From positions 310,001 to 374,000 of the forward strand of contig NC_043014.1 in the NCBI RefSeq assembly GCF_006345805.1: DNA of 64,000 nt. The letters run 5' to 3'. Below are positions 13,490-27,590 of this stretch, piece by piece; position 1 is the first letter of the stretch, and each line of letters starts with the position of its first letter. This DNA comes from Octopus sinensis. Lineage: Eukaryota. The notes under the pieces are model-generated. The model was given only the letters and a program-made list of their open reading frames with translations. It was not told the DNA's origin and ran no database searches. A program made the translations under genes and the position numbers.

Positions 13490-14343
13490 CGAGATGGTAT
13501 CAAAGATCTCCTGGACTATTTCTGTAGCACACCAACAGATGGCAGCACATGATTGCATCTGCAGTGAGAGCTAGCAGTGACCTTCATGAGGCATTGTGCC
13601 AAGTGACATCACTGTTTACTTCACAAGTTGAGAAATTTGGGCTTTTATGATCATGTGAATACTGTAGTGTGCAATTTTTGTCTTGGATAGGAAGTTGAAA
13701 CAAAGAACCAATGTGAAATTTTGCATTAAACTTAGTAAGTCTGCTTCAGGCGTTGAGCATGCTTTGACAAGTTTATGGTGATGAGGCAATGGGTTGTACA
13801 CAATGTTTCAAGTGGCACTGGTGCTCCAAAAGCAGGACATCCCTGGAAGACCTGCCACAAGCATAACCCCAGAAATGTGGAGAAAACTCATCAGCTTGTG
13901 CATGAGGATCGTTGGAGGACAATCAAGGACGTTTTGAACTGTTTGAGAGAGGACATTCAGCAAAGGCAACTGGATGTGTGGAGCCTGAAGAATTAAATTC
14001 TTCATGACAATAATGTACCTTGTCACTGAGCTCTCCTCACTTGTGAGTTTCTCACAAAAAACAACAGGGTATCACTCCTGCCCTATTCACCAGATTTAGC
14101 ACTTCTCCAAGATGAAAATGCAGTTCAAAGGTCGCTGTTTTAACACCATTATTGGGATCAAGAGCGAATCATAGGAGGTCTTTGACTCACTTATGGAAAA
14201 CGACTTCTAGGCCGGATTCCAAAAGTGGCAGGCATGCTGGGCCCTGTGTATGACTGTTTTGAAGGGGATGATGTTAAAACTTAGGCAGATAAGTTACATT
14301 TTTGTAAACATAACTGGCCCAGGAACTTTTTGATACTAACTCC
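13490..14343 (+). mobile_element. Internally deleted mariner transposon with TA target duplication
   Basis: TIRs cgagatggtatcaaagatctcctggac / ggcccaggaactttttgatactaactcc flanked by TA; EQRTNVKFCIKL, HDNN and PYSPDLA remnants. Confidence 0.88.
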
Positions 14344-15411
14344 TATGTATATAAAAACTTAACACATTTTCAATTCTTTCTCAATATATTTCCTAAATAT
14401 AGATAGAACTGATAAGAGAAGGGAGATGAGAGAGTAGCTGTTTATTCAATTCGTTTGCAACTGTTTCTTGATCTTGTTAGTTATATAATAGATATTATAT
14501 CAGCATTTACATGCATATGTGTACATCTAAATATATACATATGCATGTAAATGCCCATATATACAAGGGTTCTGAGCTAATCATCAGAACAATTCATAGT
14601 CATTGAAAACATCAACATTTGTTTGGCATGAACTCCCTCACGTTACTTCTCTTCTTTGCTCTGTTTATATATATTCTCTCCACCATTGTACCTCCTGGAT
14701 TTTCAGAATGGCATCAAGGATGCACTTGGCAGAGACCTTAATGTGAGACCTGTTTGATTCCCCAAATCCCTGTTACTACTACAGATATGGATGCTTGAAA
14801 TGTAAAAGACTTTCTCACCTTCCCAAGCATTAAATTAATACACCTGTTGTTTACACACCTGTCTTCGTCTTTTGTTTTTTTCTTTTGTAAATTCCAACTA
14901 TATATATATATATATACATACATACATGAAAATATATATAAAACATGTTTACATACAATGCATTCTCTCTTTCTCTCCCACCCTCCCCTCACAGTCATGC
15001 AAACTAACCCTAACCCAGTCATCCCATCCAATCCCTGGTTCCACTTCAACTCCCGGTACTTTTAGTGCATGTCCCATCACATCTTCACATGTCCTCACCC
15101 CTCTCCATCTGAGGGAACCCTGTATCTCCTCCTCTACTGCAAGACACCTATTTCTGTCCCTTCTCATCCAACTGGCACAAAGCTACCTCCCTCAATACTA
15201 CCTAACCCATCAGTTGAGGGGTCATGTCCTGCAAGTTACTTCTTGACCAAACTGCTGCGGGTTCCACATAAAAAGCACAGAGTGTAAAGTGGGTGGCACC
15301 AGGAAGCCATCCAACCAAAGAAATCATGCCAAAGCAGACACTAGAGGTTGGTAGAGCTTCTGTCAAAGTGTTCAACCCATGCCTGCATGGAAGCAGGATA
15401 TTAAATTATGA

Positions 15412-15446
<35 letters not shown>

Positions 15447-15569
15447 AGGCTGATCTCAGGACATGGAAACTCATAGGGGAGATGATAAAGGATTCAGAGA
15501 GAAAAATACAATGCCTACAAAGACATCGATACATAAATACATGCATATATATATATATAATATATATAT

Positions 15570-15830
15570 ATCATCGTCGTTTAACGTCTGCTTTCCATGC
15601 TAGCATGGGTTGGGTGATTTGACTGAGGGTTGGCGAACCAGATGGCTGCACCAGGCTCCAATCTTGATTTGGCAGAGTTTCTACAGCTGGATGCCCTTCT
15701 TAGCGCCAATCACTTCGAGAGTGTAGTGGGTGCTTTTTATGTGCCACCATCATGGGGAGCCAGTCAGGTGGCTCTGGCAGCAACCCACACATAAATGAAT
15801 AGTGCTTATCGCATGCCACCAGTGCTGCTA
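15570..15830 (-). mobile_element. RTE 3'-tail repeat (SINE or 5'-truncated LINE); other copies ~5725, 19115, 25340, 33135, 38450, 40235, 42718, 45025, 46335, 50410, 59400
   Basis: Shared catcgtttaacgtc.gctttccatgct.gcatgggttgg…ctggatgcccttcctaatgccaacc core; adjoins RTE copies at 45350 and 46560. Confidence 0.75.
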
Positions 15831-16019
15831 ATGGCCACAACTACAATTTTCATTTGATTTTGATTTACTTGACTCAGGTCTCCTCAAGCATGGCATGTTG
15901 CCCGATGATTCAAAGGTACTTTTTAAATGGGATGGTTATGCGACACTGGTGTAGGCTACGGCTGTGATCTCACTTTCCTTCTCAATCGCAGCATATCTCC
16001 AGAGGTTTTGGTCTTTTGT

Positions 16020-17750
16020 CATTGCCTGTGTGGGGCCCAACGTTCAAAGGTCATGCTTCACCACCTCATCCTGTCTTCCTGGGTCTCCCTCTTCCATGGG
16101 TTCCTTCCACTGTTAGGGAGTGACACTTCTTCACACAGCTCTCCTCATCCATATGCAGCACATGACCATACCAGCGCAGTTGTCTCTCTTGCACACCACA
16201 TCTGATGCTACTTATGTCCAACATTTCTCTCAGGGTGCTTACACTCTGTCGTGTGTGCACACTGACATTACACATCCAGTGGATCGTACTAGCTTCATTT
16301 CTTCCAAGCCCACGCATATCTTCAGCAGTCATGGCCCATGTTTCACTGCTGTGAAGCATGGCAGTTCACACATGTGCAGGGCCATCTACCTGAAGGGATT
16401 TGTGATGTGTTCGCCTTCCTACTTGCTAGGACTTTGGTTTGTACTAGGTTAACTCTAATGCCCTTCAATTCTAAACCTTGCTTCCACACCCAAAATTTCT
16501 TCTCTAGTTCTGGTAGTGATTCCGCTATAAGAGCAAGGTCATCAGCATAGAGGAGATCCCAGGGGCAGCCCGTCTTGAATTCCTCTGTTATTACCTGGAG
16601 GACTATGATGAATATGTGGGGGCTGAGGGCTGATCCTGCAGTTGCCATATCAGGAATATAGCATCTGTGGTGCTTCTACCTGGCACAAAACCGAACTGCA
16701 TCTCATCTAAGCAGACTCTCTCCCTAATTAGTTGGGCTATGACCCTCTCTGTAACCTTCATCACCTGATTCAGTAGTTTGATACCCTTGGGTATGACTCC
16801 TTCGTGAACTACCTGGTTTACAATACGAGTAACTAGGCCATGACCCACACCACCAGATATTTTAAGCATCTCAGCAGTGATTCCTAATGGGCGGAGGGCT
16901 TTTCCTGACTTCATATCCTCAATTGCTTTATCTACCAGGGTGCTATCTATTCAGGTAGCTGGCCCCTCTACTGGGTCAACATTTGGCAGGCTCTCCTCCT
17001 CCCATTCATTCTCCACATTCAGCAGTCTTTCATAATGGCTTCTCTAAGCCTCTTTCCTTTCAGAATCATTAAAAGCAAGTGTACCAGTGTCTACGAGGAC
17101 ACATTTCTCTCCTGACATCACAATTTTCTCTCTCAGTCTTGCAATCCAAAATACTTCAGTTCGTTGGTCATCACATCACTGAACATTGGCAAACTTCTTA
17201 TTTTCTGCATCTCCCTTGACTATGTATACCTGTCGCCCAGCCTTCCTTCTGGCTATCTGGTACAGTTCCCTGCTATCCCCACTCTTCCAGGCTTGTTTCT
17301 TTGCTCTAATGGCATTGTCTACTGTATTATTCCATCACCACGTTACTCTAGGTCTGTAAGGGATTTTTGCACCAGATGCAGATTTGGTCTGTGGCACTCA
17401 GTAAGCTGTCCTGTATGAATTTCCAGTTACCCTCTATGTCTGAAATCTGTAGCTCCTCGTCCCTCTCATCAAAGTTCTGTGAGGATGTCCCTAAATCTCT
17501 AACCATGTGAAGGGTTCTTAAGCTTCCAAATTCTTCTTTTCTGGATTGATCTGTTTCTTGGCATCCTTCTGGCCTCAAGTCTACAGTCACTAATAAGTAG
17601 TCTATGCTGGGGGGTACATTCTTCACCAGGGAGGGTCTTTGTATTTAAGAGCAACCCTGCATCCTGCTGTCTGGTGAGGATGAAATCAATCTGGCTAGCA
17701 AAGTTGCCTGATTGATAGGTTATCAGGTGGCTGTCTGAAGTCAGTGTTGC
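16020..17750 (-). mobile_element. Decayed, internally deleted RTE LINE
   Basis: QFGFVPGRSTTDAIF fused to GSALSP…LLYADDLALIAESL; MLHSSETWAM…WYGHV. Confidence 0.92.
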
Positions 17751-20700
17751 AGATTAATAAGGTTTCTGTTTCCCCAAATCCAGTCAAAAGACCTTGGCGT
17801 TGACTCAGAGCTAGAATAAAAGACATTTGTGCACTATGCCAGACAGTGGGATTGAACCCGATATCTCATGGATAGGAAGCAAACTTCTTAACAACACAGC
17901 CATGCCTACACCCAATCATCATTATGCCTCATTTTTACAACTACTTTTCCATGTCAGCATGGATTAGATGAAACCTACTGAATCAGTTTTCTATAGGTGG
18001 ATGCTCTTCCCACTCGTCCACATATTCCCCTCCACTATTGGTCTTGTTTACTGAAATGTGTTTTGGAAAAGGAGTATATTGTCCTGTTCAACAAACTCTC
18101 CTATTTAATCCAATTTCAACATTTTTAGCATTTGATGAAATCAGCTGACTTTAAGTATTGCTATATTTTAAACCAACCAACCAACTGGCTAACAGGAAAA
18201 ACTAAAACCTTATGAGGCTGGTCTAACTGCCACAACTAGCAGCCAGATCTCTCTCAAAGACTCCCATAGTCAGACTGAATCAGTCCTGGAACTAAACACG
18301 ACAACCAACACAAACCAAGTAAAGAAGCATCTATGCAGTTGGACAAACCACTTGAAATAGATGCCAGATATCCTCAGTTTTAACCCACTTGATATCAACT
18401 CACTTGTGACCACCACCTCTGATTCTATGATACAAATTTCATGTTTTAAACTGATCAAATTATGCAAATTAGCAGCCCCAGTTTTCTGTAGTTACTGTGA
18501 TAGATGAGAGTACAAACAGATTGTCTATTTGTTTCTTTGACATTGGTCAAATTGATGGAGATGTCTACGATGGAAATCCAATAAGATTTGAAAACTGTGT
18601 CCATTCAACCAAGTTTTGGCGCCATCTCATTTGTCTTTCACTTGTCTCCTCTCCACCACACCTTAGTCTGCAATATCTCATGTTTAACATCTCTCCTACC
18701 ATTCTCAGCCTCATCTGATATCAATACCCATCACCTTTTTTTCTGTCCCACTCACATGTGCCTCCAACCACCATCTTTGCCTCCCCCTTTTATCCACAAA
18801 TATAATGATCCTGCTGCTCCTCACACCACCTCCAGTACTGATGCTTGTCCACTTCCATCTCCACACTGATATTTACCATCAATCACACCTTCACCCTCTT
18901 TCATCACTCTATCCACACTTTCCTTCCCTCCCAATCCAATCTATATTTGCCCTTCTAGCCATCTTTTCCTAATTTGTATGCTTTCGCACCCCCATTACCA
19001 CCATTTTTACCTCCCATCCAATTACACTCATTGACCCTCACGTAATGCTGGATGGTCATCCATCCTTGTCCCTCTATCATACTTTAGCCTTCAACACTTC
19101 ACACAAAGCCATTTCACCATCAACATTTAACATCCGTTTTCCATGCTGGCATGGGTTGGACGACATGACAGGAATTGGCAAGGCCAGGAGACACATCAGA
19201 TTCCATCATCTGTTTTGGCTTGGTTTCTATGGTTGGGTGCTTTTCCTAATGCCAACCACTTCAGAATGCAGTGGGTGTTTTTTACATGGCACCATCACCA
19301 GTGCTTTTTAAGTGGCACCAGCACCCATACCATTCCTTTCTATGTCCTGGTTTTAGAATCTCAATTCTGTTGTGGTGGGCAGGTCTTCTCAAGTACAGCA
19401 ATGCACTAAATATCTCAGTCCTCTCTCATCTCCTTCGTAAGGCTCAGCATTTTGAGATCAGCCTTCAATATTTTGTCCCATGTCTTTTCCAGAAATTCTC
19501 TCCACTTTAAACCTTTGTATGCTTCGATGTTGAAGGAAGAAAATGAGGTGTTCTTGTGATATTCAACTGTCCAGTGAATATAATTATTGTGTAAATGATT
19601 ATTATAAAATCATTTTCAGAATATTCCAAACATTCTGAGCTTAATGTCAATGTTATAAGGATGTTCAATGTCCTTGTCTGAAACTGTTAAAGACTGCTAA
19701 GCCAATGTATAGATCATAAATTTCTGGAAGGGTGTCCAAGACAATATCTTTTAGTTTGGAAACATTTGGCAAAACATAAAAATGCTTGTATGTTCTACAG
19801 TAAGCCATGTTATATGAAGACTACAGCACATTTACTGTCAACAAAAACTGAGGAATATTTCTCTAAGAAGTCTATGAAATGTTGTGCCACGTTTTAAAAA
19901 GTCATTTTGATACCAACAGGTCTGATGCTGCTTCCAGTTTGACAATACAAAACTCTCTACTTTAAAATATTTTTTTAAGACTTTAAAAAAAAATAAAAAA
20001 AAGATGGGATAGTCTGAACCTTTGATCATAGGTCTGCTGGATTAGGCCTGACCTGGGGCTAAAGAACACAACAGCTTCAAAATTTAGAGCAAATTCTTTG
20101 ATATTTGAAGATTTAGGGGGTTGTTTAGGGATAAACCTATTTTGTACTGTTACCCATAGTATGTTGGAATCAATAGGCAACTCTCGCTACTTATAAAGGT
20201 ATCTCCCCCAAAAGTCTGTAAGCAGTGGTAGCACTGTAATATTAACGAGTGTTAAATTAGTCTGCAGCAGCTTTAATTCATAGTGTAGATACAGGTCTAG
20301 CGACATAGTTTATCCCATCAGGACCAGTCATCTCCTTGTGTAGTTTGATGCCCATCTTTTGTAAAGAATCCACAAGGAAATTTGATAACAGAAGTTTTGT
20401 CTTGTTGAGGACAATACAATCTCCTCGTGCTGGTACCCAAGATAAAATGCACACTGTACACTCTGTAAGGGGATAGGAGTTAGGGAGGGCATTCAGAAAC
20501 CACGCCAAACTTGAAAACATAAGCGCGATATTGTCGAATGAGAAGGGACTCGGGCTATAACGACACATCTAACCCTTGCAGGCACGGAAAGTAGACGTAA
20601 AACAACTAAGGAACATCTACGAGTCATGTGACCTGCTAGCAATAACAGCAAAGCCAGCATCAAATCACATTCTGCATTTTCCTCCAGTGGGGAATAATAC

Positions 20701-21425
20701 CCCCCCCCACTATATATCTGCATAAAAGATGGGATGGTCATAATTGGAACCACTTTGACCATTGGTACGTTTAATCAGTGCTGACTACGTTTAATTCGCC
20801 CTCGCAATCTGAACTGTGTGTGATGTGAAGGTAGAACAGGAGACAGATATAAACAGGGATGTTTTAAGAAAAGGCTACATCAAGATAATGTACTCCTAGA
20901 TACACTATGTCTGAATAAAAGACAAGATAACGATTGAACATAGAGCAGTTGGACGAGGGAGAGAACTGGGGTTCATCTCAGAACGTGTATGGAACTTTCA
21001 GGTGGTATACAATATGCTAGAAACAGCAGCCAAATCTCTCTCCACTCAAACCATATTAGATAAGGTTATTCTAGAAAAAAAACAACGTCGGAAAATAAAG
21101 TTGAAACGGTCACGGACGGAATACATTTGATCAGATGTTTATTGTAAGCTGATCTGAGGTTAAGCAAAAACCATTAAAGGCCGTTAACCCCCTTTCAATA
21201 ACTTTGGCAGAATTGTAGACAATTTTTGACATAATTATGTTACATAAATATATATATATGAAATAAAAATACTTTGGAATCATTCATTATTTATTTTTCC
21301 CTGTCAGTAATATAGCAATGGCTCAATGCATTTACTAATAAAGGTACTTTCTAGATATGCTAACATTTGCATCTATATACAGAAAAAAAAACTTGGATAC
21401 ATGAAACATATCATTATAATGTATC

Positions 21426-21457
<32 letters not shown>

Positions 21458-21749
21458 TACAGATACGCATGTGTGTTGCAGATGGAAAATCCCCCTCTTA
21501 TCTTCCATATAATTCTCTCTCAACATCAAACGTTAGTTCCTCCTACCACCATAGCCCCTCCCCCTTTCTCTAAAATGTCCCCTCTGCCCTCTACTGCGGC
21601 TAAAAAAAAATGAAGAGTTCTTCCTCTGCCTATCACTCTTCCCCCTCCAACACTGAGATACACATAGTCGCAACAGTCACACACACACAGTTACACATTA
21701 AGTCACACACACACACACAGTTACACATGAAGACGACATATTGGAAAGC

Positions 21750-22311
21750 GAAGGCGGCCATTTGTAAACTAAACGCAACAACGACGAAGATACATTTATA
21801 CACACAAATATCTCTATATTCACATAGACGAGTATATATACAAAACAGTGTTGAATTATTAAATACAAGAGAAGACAACGAGCGTCATAAATATATCACA
21901 GAGGAAGAAGAAAAACAAATTAGCAAAAGGCTGCCATCGTCGTCGAGAGTATCCAGTGGGCATCTTTTTGCACAAAAAAATCTTCTCGAATACAAAAGAA
22001 AAACGGAAGGAAAGAACCGATTTATGAAAGGCCGATCAGTTGTTGTTGATTGTAGTAGTCACTCGCTTAATTTGCCGAGTATTTCTGATGTAATCGACGA
22101 TATTTGACTGAATAGTAGTCGTCGTGTGTGTCTCTAGGTCGGCCATTACCGTCGTTCTCCTCCTCCCACCCTTTCCTCCTTCCTCCTCCTCCTCCCTGTC
22201 ACATGTTCCTCTCTCACATGACCTGTTGTTTGGCCCCGTGATCAAACTTTCATTATTTCCTGGCAAATTCAAAAAACAACACACCACCTCCGACACTCAT
22301 ATTCTCCCCAC
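21750..22311 (+). promoter_or_regulatory. Putative USF promoter / 5' UTR
   Basis: CpG-containing region upstream of the exon 1 ATG with YY1-like GGCGGCCATTTG (~21752), GTCACATG (22198-22205) and TCACATGAC (22214-22222). Confidence 0.5.
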
Positions 22312-22343
22312 ATGGATAGTCTGGATCAGGCCCTGGAATCAAG
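22312..22343 (+). CDS. USF: USF exon 1 (MDSLDQALES-S)
   Basis: ATG GAT AGT CTG GAT CAG GCC CTG GAA TCA AG|gtaagt; resembles USF N-termini (MDMLD..LD..S); phase-2 donor in a CpG-containing region. Confidence 0.78.
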
Positions 22344-23619
22344 GTAAGTGCTCCGTCACGCAGTTATTCTCACTCGTCACCATCACACACAGATACAGAT
22401 TCTTTGCAAACGTCGAACAAATGTCGCCATTTCCGCCTCACACACACAAAAAACACAAAAAACAGCCCCAGATATTCTTCTTCCACTTTTATCAACACAC
22501 ACAACAATCCTCACCAGCAAATATTTCCTTCCCTCTCATATCTGCTCAGCTTGGGGTTTTTCCGCTCGCTTTCGTCGGTTTCTTTTCTCTTCTTCACTCG
22601 GCTCTTGTAAAAGTCTTCATAAAAACTGTTGTCAACTTGTCATCTTTATTTCTGTGTCTTTCCACTTCTGGTCCTCCACTTTGTCGACCTTTCCTTTTCT
22701 AGGTCGGTCGTTATAATAATGTATAATATAATCTAATAAACACAATACTAATACATGATTGTATAAAATATATACATACATGACAATAGATACTGATCTT
22801 CAGTGACAAAAGGTAAAGGGAACCATTATATAATATATTTATAATAATGTCTTGTGTTTGGACTTGAGCGGATTCATAAAAAGAAGGGAAGTCCCGGTGA
22901 ATATCTACATATGTATACACATCCTCGCGCGCATGGATGCAGCTATTAATATCGGTGTTTCACGTTTCCGCTCTTCATTGCTGATGAACATGTCATCCAA
23001 GTTATTCCTATTATTGTTATTACAAAAGAAGGCAGCAAAAATTACATTTATTACGACCATTATTCTACTACTTCACACACACACATCGTTTTGGTTCTAA
23101 TAAGTAATAAAACGATCGTAGGTTGAATTATTTTATTCCACTCGTGCGTGTGTGTGTAAATATTTATATATACACACATAAATTACATTGATATAAACCT
23201 ACATTCGTATACACACTCATACTTATCGGAGAACTCTGCCCCCCCCCCCAGCTACATCCAAAGAAAGGTCTCCTCCCCACCTCTACCATTGACATAAAGT
23301 TCCCCCTCACCGTTACCCTCTTCTATCAATTTCTGATCCCACAGACAGACCTGCTGTCTTCTCATCTACTCCCACTACAATGTCCTCTACTCCTTACAGC
23401 TGACTCGTCTGGTGCCATCTCTACTCGCACCCTCTCACCGGTATTGAGTCCAACACCCTCCGCCCCTGCATTAATTAACATCACCAATCCTTCCATCCCG
23501 GAATATCCTCCTTTACATATTTGTACAGCAGACTTGTAAAGCCATGGACCCCTTATTACCAAAGATTAAAAAAGAAACATCCTGTCAGATTTGTGACAAA
23601 CGATGACAGCCTCATATGT

Positions 23620-23624
23620 ACACA

Positions 23625-23677
<53 letters not shown>

Positions 23678-23740
23678 CGTGTGTGCGTATACATGTATAT
23701 AGATATACATCTATGTGTATATGTGTTAATACATACACTG
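23620..23740. repeat. (TA)n microsatellite
   Basis: Direct reading. Confidence 0.95.
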
Positions 23741-26700
23741 CTATCACATTTACATTTGTCTGGTCTTGAATCAGCAATCGTTGCAGAGTTTTGGGTTTTT
23801 TTTGTTATTAATTCTATGCTAATAGAACATCTATTTAAATATTAACCACATCCATACAATAAGTTCAGGACACCCACACATTATACATATTATCCATCCG
23901 TCCCTACACACACACATTATGTCTGATGTTTGGAGCCCCGAGGGCAAAGGGAATCGTTGTACGATGTCTTGACGAGAATTGCCGGCATCGTCTTGTAAGC
24001 AGTGCTTCCCTCCAATTAAGCCAAGTCTTCCAATTAATTCAATGAAATTAATTACTCCCCTCTCCTTCCTTATTACGTTATTAAGTCTGGTCGCGGTTAC
24101 TTGGTCTTCGTTGTTTCACCTGTTCTTTAGATTTGTGATGGTCATGCCTTTCTAGGTCATATGTATAGCAGTGTTAGTCGCTTTTTAATTAGATGCAAAA
24201 GGAATTCTAGTTCATAACGCATGTCATCTTTTTTTACTCTGTGTTGTGACATTCATGTGTTTCCCAAGGACTTCGATGATGTCATCGTCACTGCCGTGTG
24301 TCGATCTCGGTTCTTTGATTGCAGCCTGGACCACCACGCCGTCGTGAGCCAATGTGAATGTCTCTACGTCGTCACTTGGCCTGCTAAAAATAACAGCTAT
24401 ACCTCCCTGACATCGCACCTTACAGACTTAAATGAAGACTTCTTAGATACCCTCAAAAAAAAAAAAAATGACGGAATGGCCACAGATTGTGTTTGCTTAT
24501 AGGACTGATGGGTGGCGGTTGATCTACAGCAAAACAACAATAATGTGACCCAGTATTAGTTGGACTAAATACCAAACTAACACGGTTGCTACAACTAGTA
24601 TATTTCTGGCGTTTGACTGCTTCAACAGGATTTGAACTCAGAATTGAGGAGGAGAAACTAAATATTTTATAGTATTTTAGTACAAGATCTTCAACACATA
24701 AAAGTGAGGATTGAGACGGCATGGAGTTCATGCCTTTCCGGAAGACATTAACTGTGAAAATGAAATGAAATCACAATGTCTAATAGCCAAGACCTGTCCT
24801 TAGTAATAGCAGTGGTGGTAGTAGTAGTAGTGAAAAGTAGATGGATCTCACTTGATCCATTAAACTACTTCATTGTTGAATTAGCATATGAGTAGCTGAG
24901 TATTCCACAGATAGAGAATTTGTGCGACAAAACTGGATATTTGATGCAACCCATCTGATGGGACATTGCATTTTCCATCATGAAGCTTGGGTAAAGGACT
25001 GCCATGCAGTGGAATTGAACCCAGTACCTCAGTAAGGCAAGTTTCATAAGCATCTGATCAAGCCTTCATCAGTAGTAGTAGTAGAGCAATTATAAGTAGA
25101 TTGTCCGACCTTCATTAAAAGGAATAACTTTTTACTGAGATGGTAGCTGGTCACACTGAGTGTGGCAGTCACCATCCACAGAAGAGTTACAGGTTCATCT
25201 CCTGCCGTCAGCACAGCCTTGTGTCCCTCATGTATTTACACTTAACTCTCACAAGCTTCTTTGTTCTTGCTTCAACTCATGCAGTTATCATCATCATTGC
25301 TTTAACATTTACTTTCTCTTGCTTATGTGGATCAAACAGAATTTGTGGAGGCAGATTTCCTATGGCTGGATGCCCTTCCTGGTGTCAACCATCACTTGTT
25401 TCCAGTTAAGATAGTATTTCTCCAAGGCTGGATATGTTTTATACAGAAGATTGGAAACAAAGGACACTGCTTGTGTGATGGTGACTCTTATTTACAATTA
25501 TCACAGGATGCACAAGTGTACATACACAAACACAATGGGCTTCTCTCAATTTCCACATGCTAAATTTTTTTTACAAAGCTTTGTTTGGCCCTGGACTATA
25601 GTAGAAGGCACTTACCCAAGGGACTAAATACACAGCTATGTCTGCACCTAAAAATAGGATCCAAATCTAACTCAAATCACTCCTTACTGTAGTTGGCAAA
25701 ATAATGAAACCTCAAAGAATGTAGACCAAGATTTACTGTTTCTGAATAAAAGAATAAGAAATGGTGATGACCTCGGCTTAAACAACAATAGGAACAGTAT
25801 TGTGAAGTTGCCATTTCAAGTGTTGGTTGAGTGTCTCCAGGCTCAGTTGGACATCTGGACACACGGACACACACTGAGACCTTGTCCTGTTTTAGAAATC
25901 AGTATTTTCATTCTTAAAACAGTCACAGAATGGTATCCAGCCGGCAGAATTGTTAGTGTAAGAAAAAACATTATGTAATATTTATTCCTGTTGGGGTTGA
26001 GAAAATACCTGTCATATATTGGGGCGCCATCCTATCAACTAATCCCCTACCCTCCAAATTCCTGGCTTTCTGCTCAAATTCAAAACCATTCTGAGAACTG
26101 TCCCAAGATGGTAAAATCAGTGTCACACAAAATGTCTTGTGATATTTGTTTCAACTCTTTAATTCCTGAGTTCAAATACTACTGAGATCACCTTTGCCTT
26201 TCATTCTTCCAGGGCTAGTAAAATAAAGTTGCTGTTAAGTACTGAGGTTGATTTAAATGACTGACTTCTGAATTTGTGGCCTGTGATACGAGTCGCTAAA
26301 GACTGGATATTTGGATTCAGTCCTATCAATACCCCTGGCCTATACAGGTGCAATAATTGAGAAGGTAGTAAGGTGTAAATAGTTTTTCTCTAAGAATGTG
26401 AAGAGGTGAGAGCAAGAGTTGCCAAGTAGGGAAGGACACCCAGACCACTACAAAGTCACACACAAAGAAGATAGAGGCAGCTTGCAGAGGATTTTAATTT
26501 TGCAAATTATACTGATTGAATAAGCTTGCTGATGAGGTCTAATAGACTAAAACACATCCATAGTTGTCTCCCTTGCCTACAAAGACCAGGCTTTTCTTTG
26601 TGTAAACCAACTCCATTTTTAAAAATGACCTCCTCTTTTCTTTGGGTGTGACTGACAATTACCACTAGCTTTTTTTTTTTTTCTTGGTTTCTGCAATGAA

Positions 26701-27059
26701 GAATTTGCTCTTGTACCTGACATTCTGGCCCTCAGTTTATTATTTCTCTGAGGAATAAGGCTTGTAAGGAGTTGGAATGTAAAGAATTTAAAGTATATAA
26801 GGTGTGGTTGGAATTGTAAAGACAGAATTGGGATGTTGGGAACTTAGTATGGGAGAAGATGTGGAGAAGAGGGGATGGTGGAAATTTAGACTAGAACATG
26901 CTAATATGTACGTGCATTTATATATTTGTGTGTGTATATAAATATATATAATCCTAGCATGGTTCTTTCCTTGGCCTTTTGCATCTTAACTAATTGATGT
27001 TCTTCCCTCTTGATAATAGCCCTCGTCTAATTTGTATGTAAGAGTGCAGGTAGGACTTG

Positions 27060-27590
27060 GTACTCACCAGGGAAAGGGATGGAGAGATGATTGGGAATAG
27101 TTTATCGTTGATGAAGAATGTACACCCAACAGATGTAGGAGATTAGTGACTTCAGATGGACCCGGAGACAAAAGACAAATGGACGGAGGAGGATATAGAA
27201 ATTGAAAGAACCATCAAGTTGTTGTAGGTTCAGAGATGTATTACTTGAGGTAAACGACACGAGAGAGATGTAGAGAAGAACTGGAAGGACTTACGAGGTG
27301 ATCTGCTGAGAGTAATGGACCAGGTTTGTAAGGTTCCAACCCAAAAGTGAGTGACATAGTGGTGGAATAGTTTTTTGGTTAGAGTCATAAAGGCTAAGAG
27401 ATGGATCTGGAAAGACTGGAAGAAAGAGGGCATCAAGGAGTAGGAAAGAAACTAGACAATAGCAAAGGAAGAAGTCAAAAGAATTAAAATGGCTCTCAGG
27501 TTTGTGGATCAGAGGTGGGAGATATTGCAGATTGTAAGGTAGAATCTGAGAGAAAAATCATAATGCCAATGGGGAGAGATTAAGTTATTG
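27060..27590 (+). mobile_element. Old RTE LINE fragment (endonuclease/linker region)
   Basis: Similar to the pre-RT parts of other copies (tggtggaatag…aaagactggaagaaag). Confidence 0.55.

Noticed and set aside
19838-20568. Overlapping minus-strand ORFs with GPDGINY and AVVFF, suggesting a Jockey/Nimb RT
   Set aside because: The AVVFF…TYDQ part is the reverse strand of the unclassified repeat (19940-20075); GPDGI alone is insufficient.
10400-22000. Divergent partner gene of SRPRA (FOXRED1 in human)
   Set aside because: No recognisable plus-strand exons found.
23910-24120. Possible terminal antisense exon (GETTKTK*)
   Set aside because: Acceptor is purine-rich with no polypyrimidine tract.
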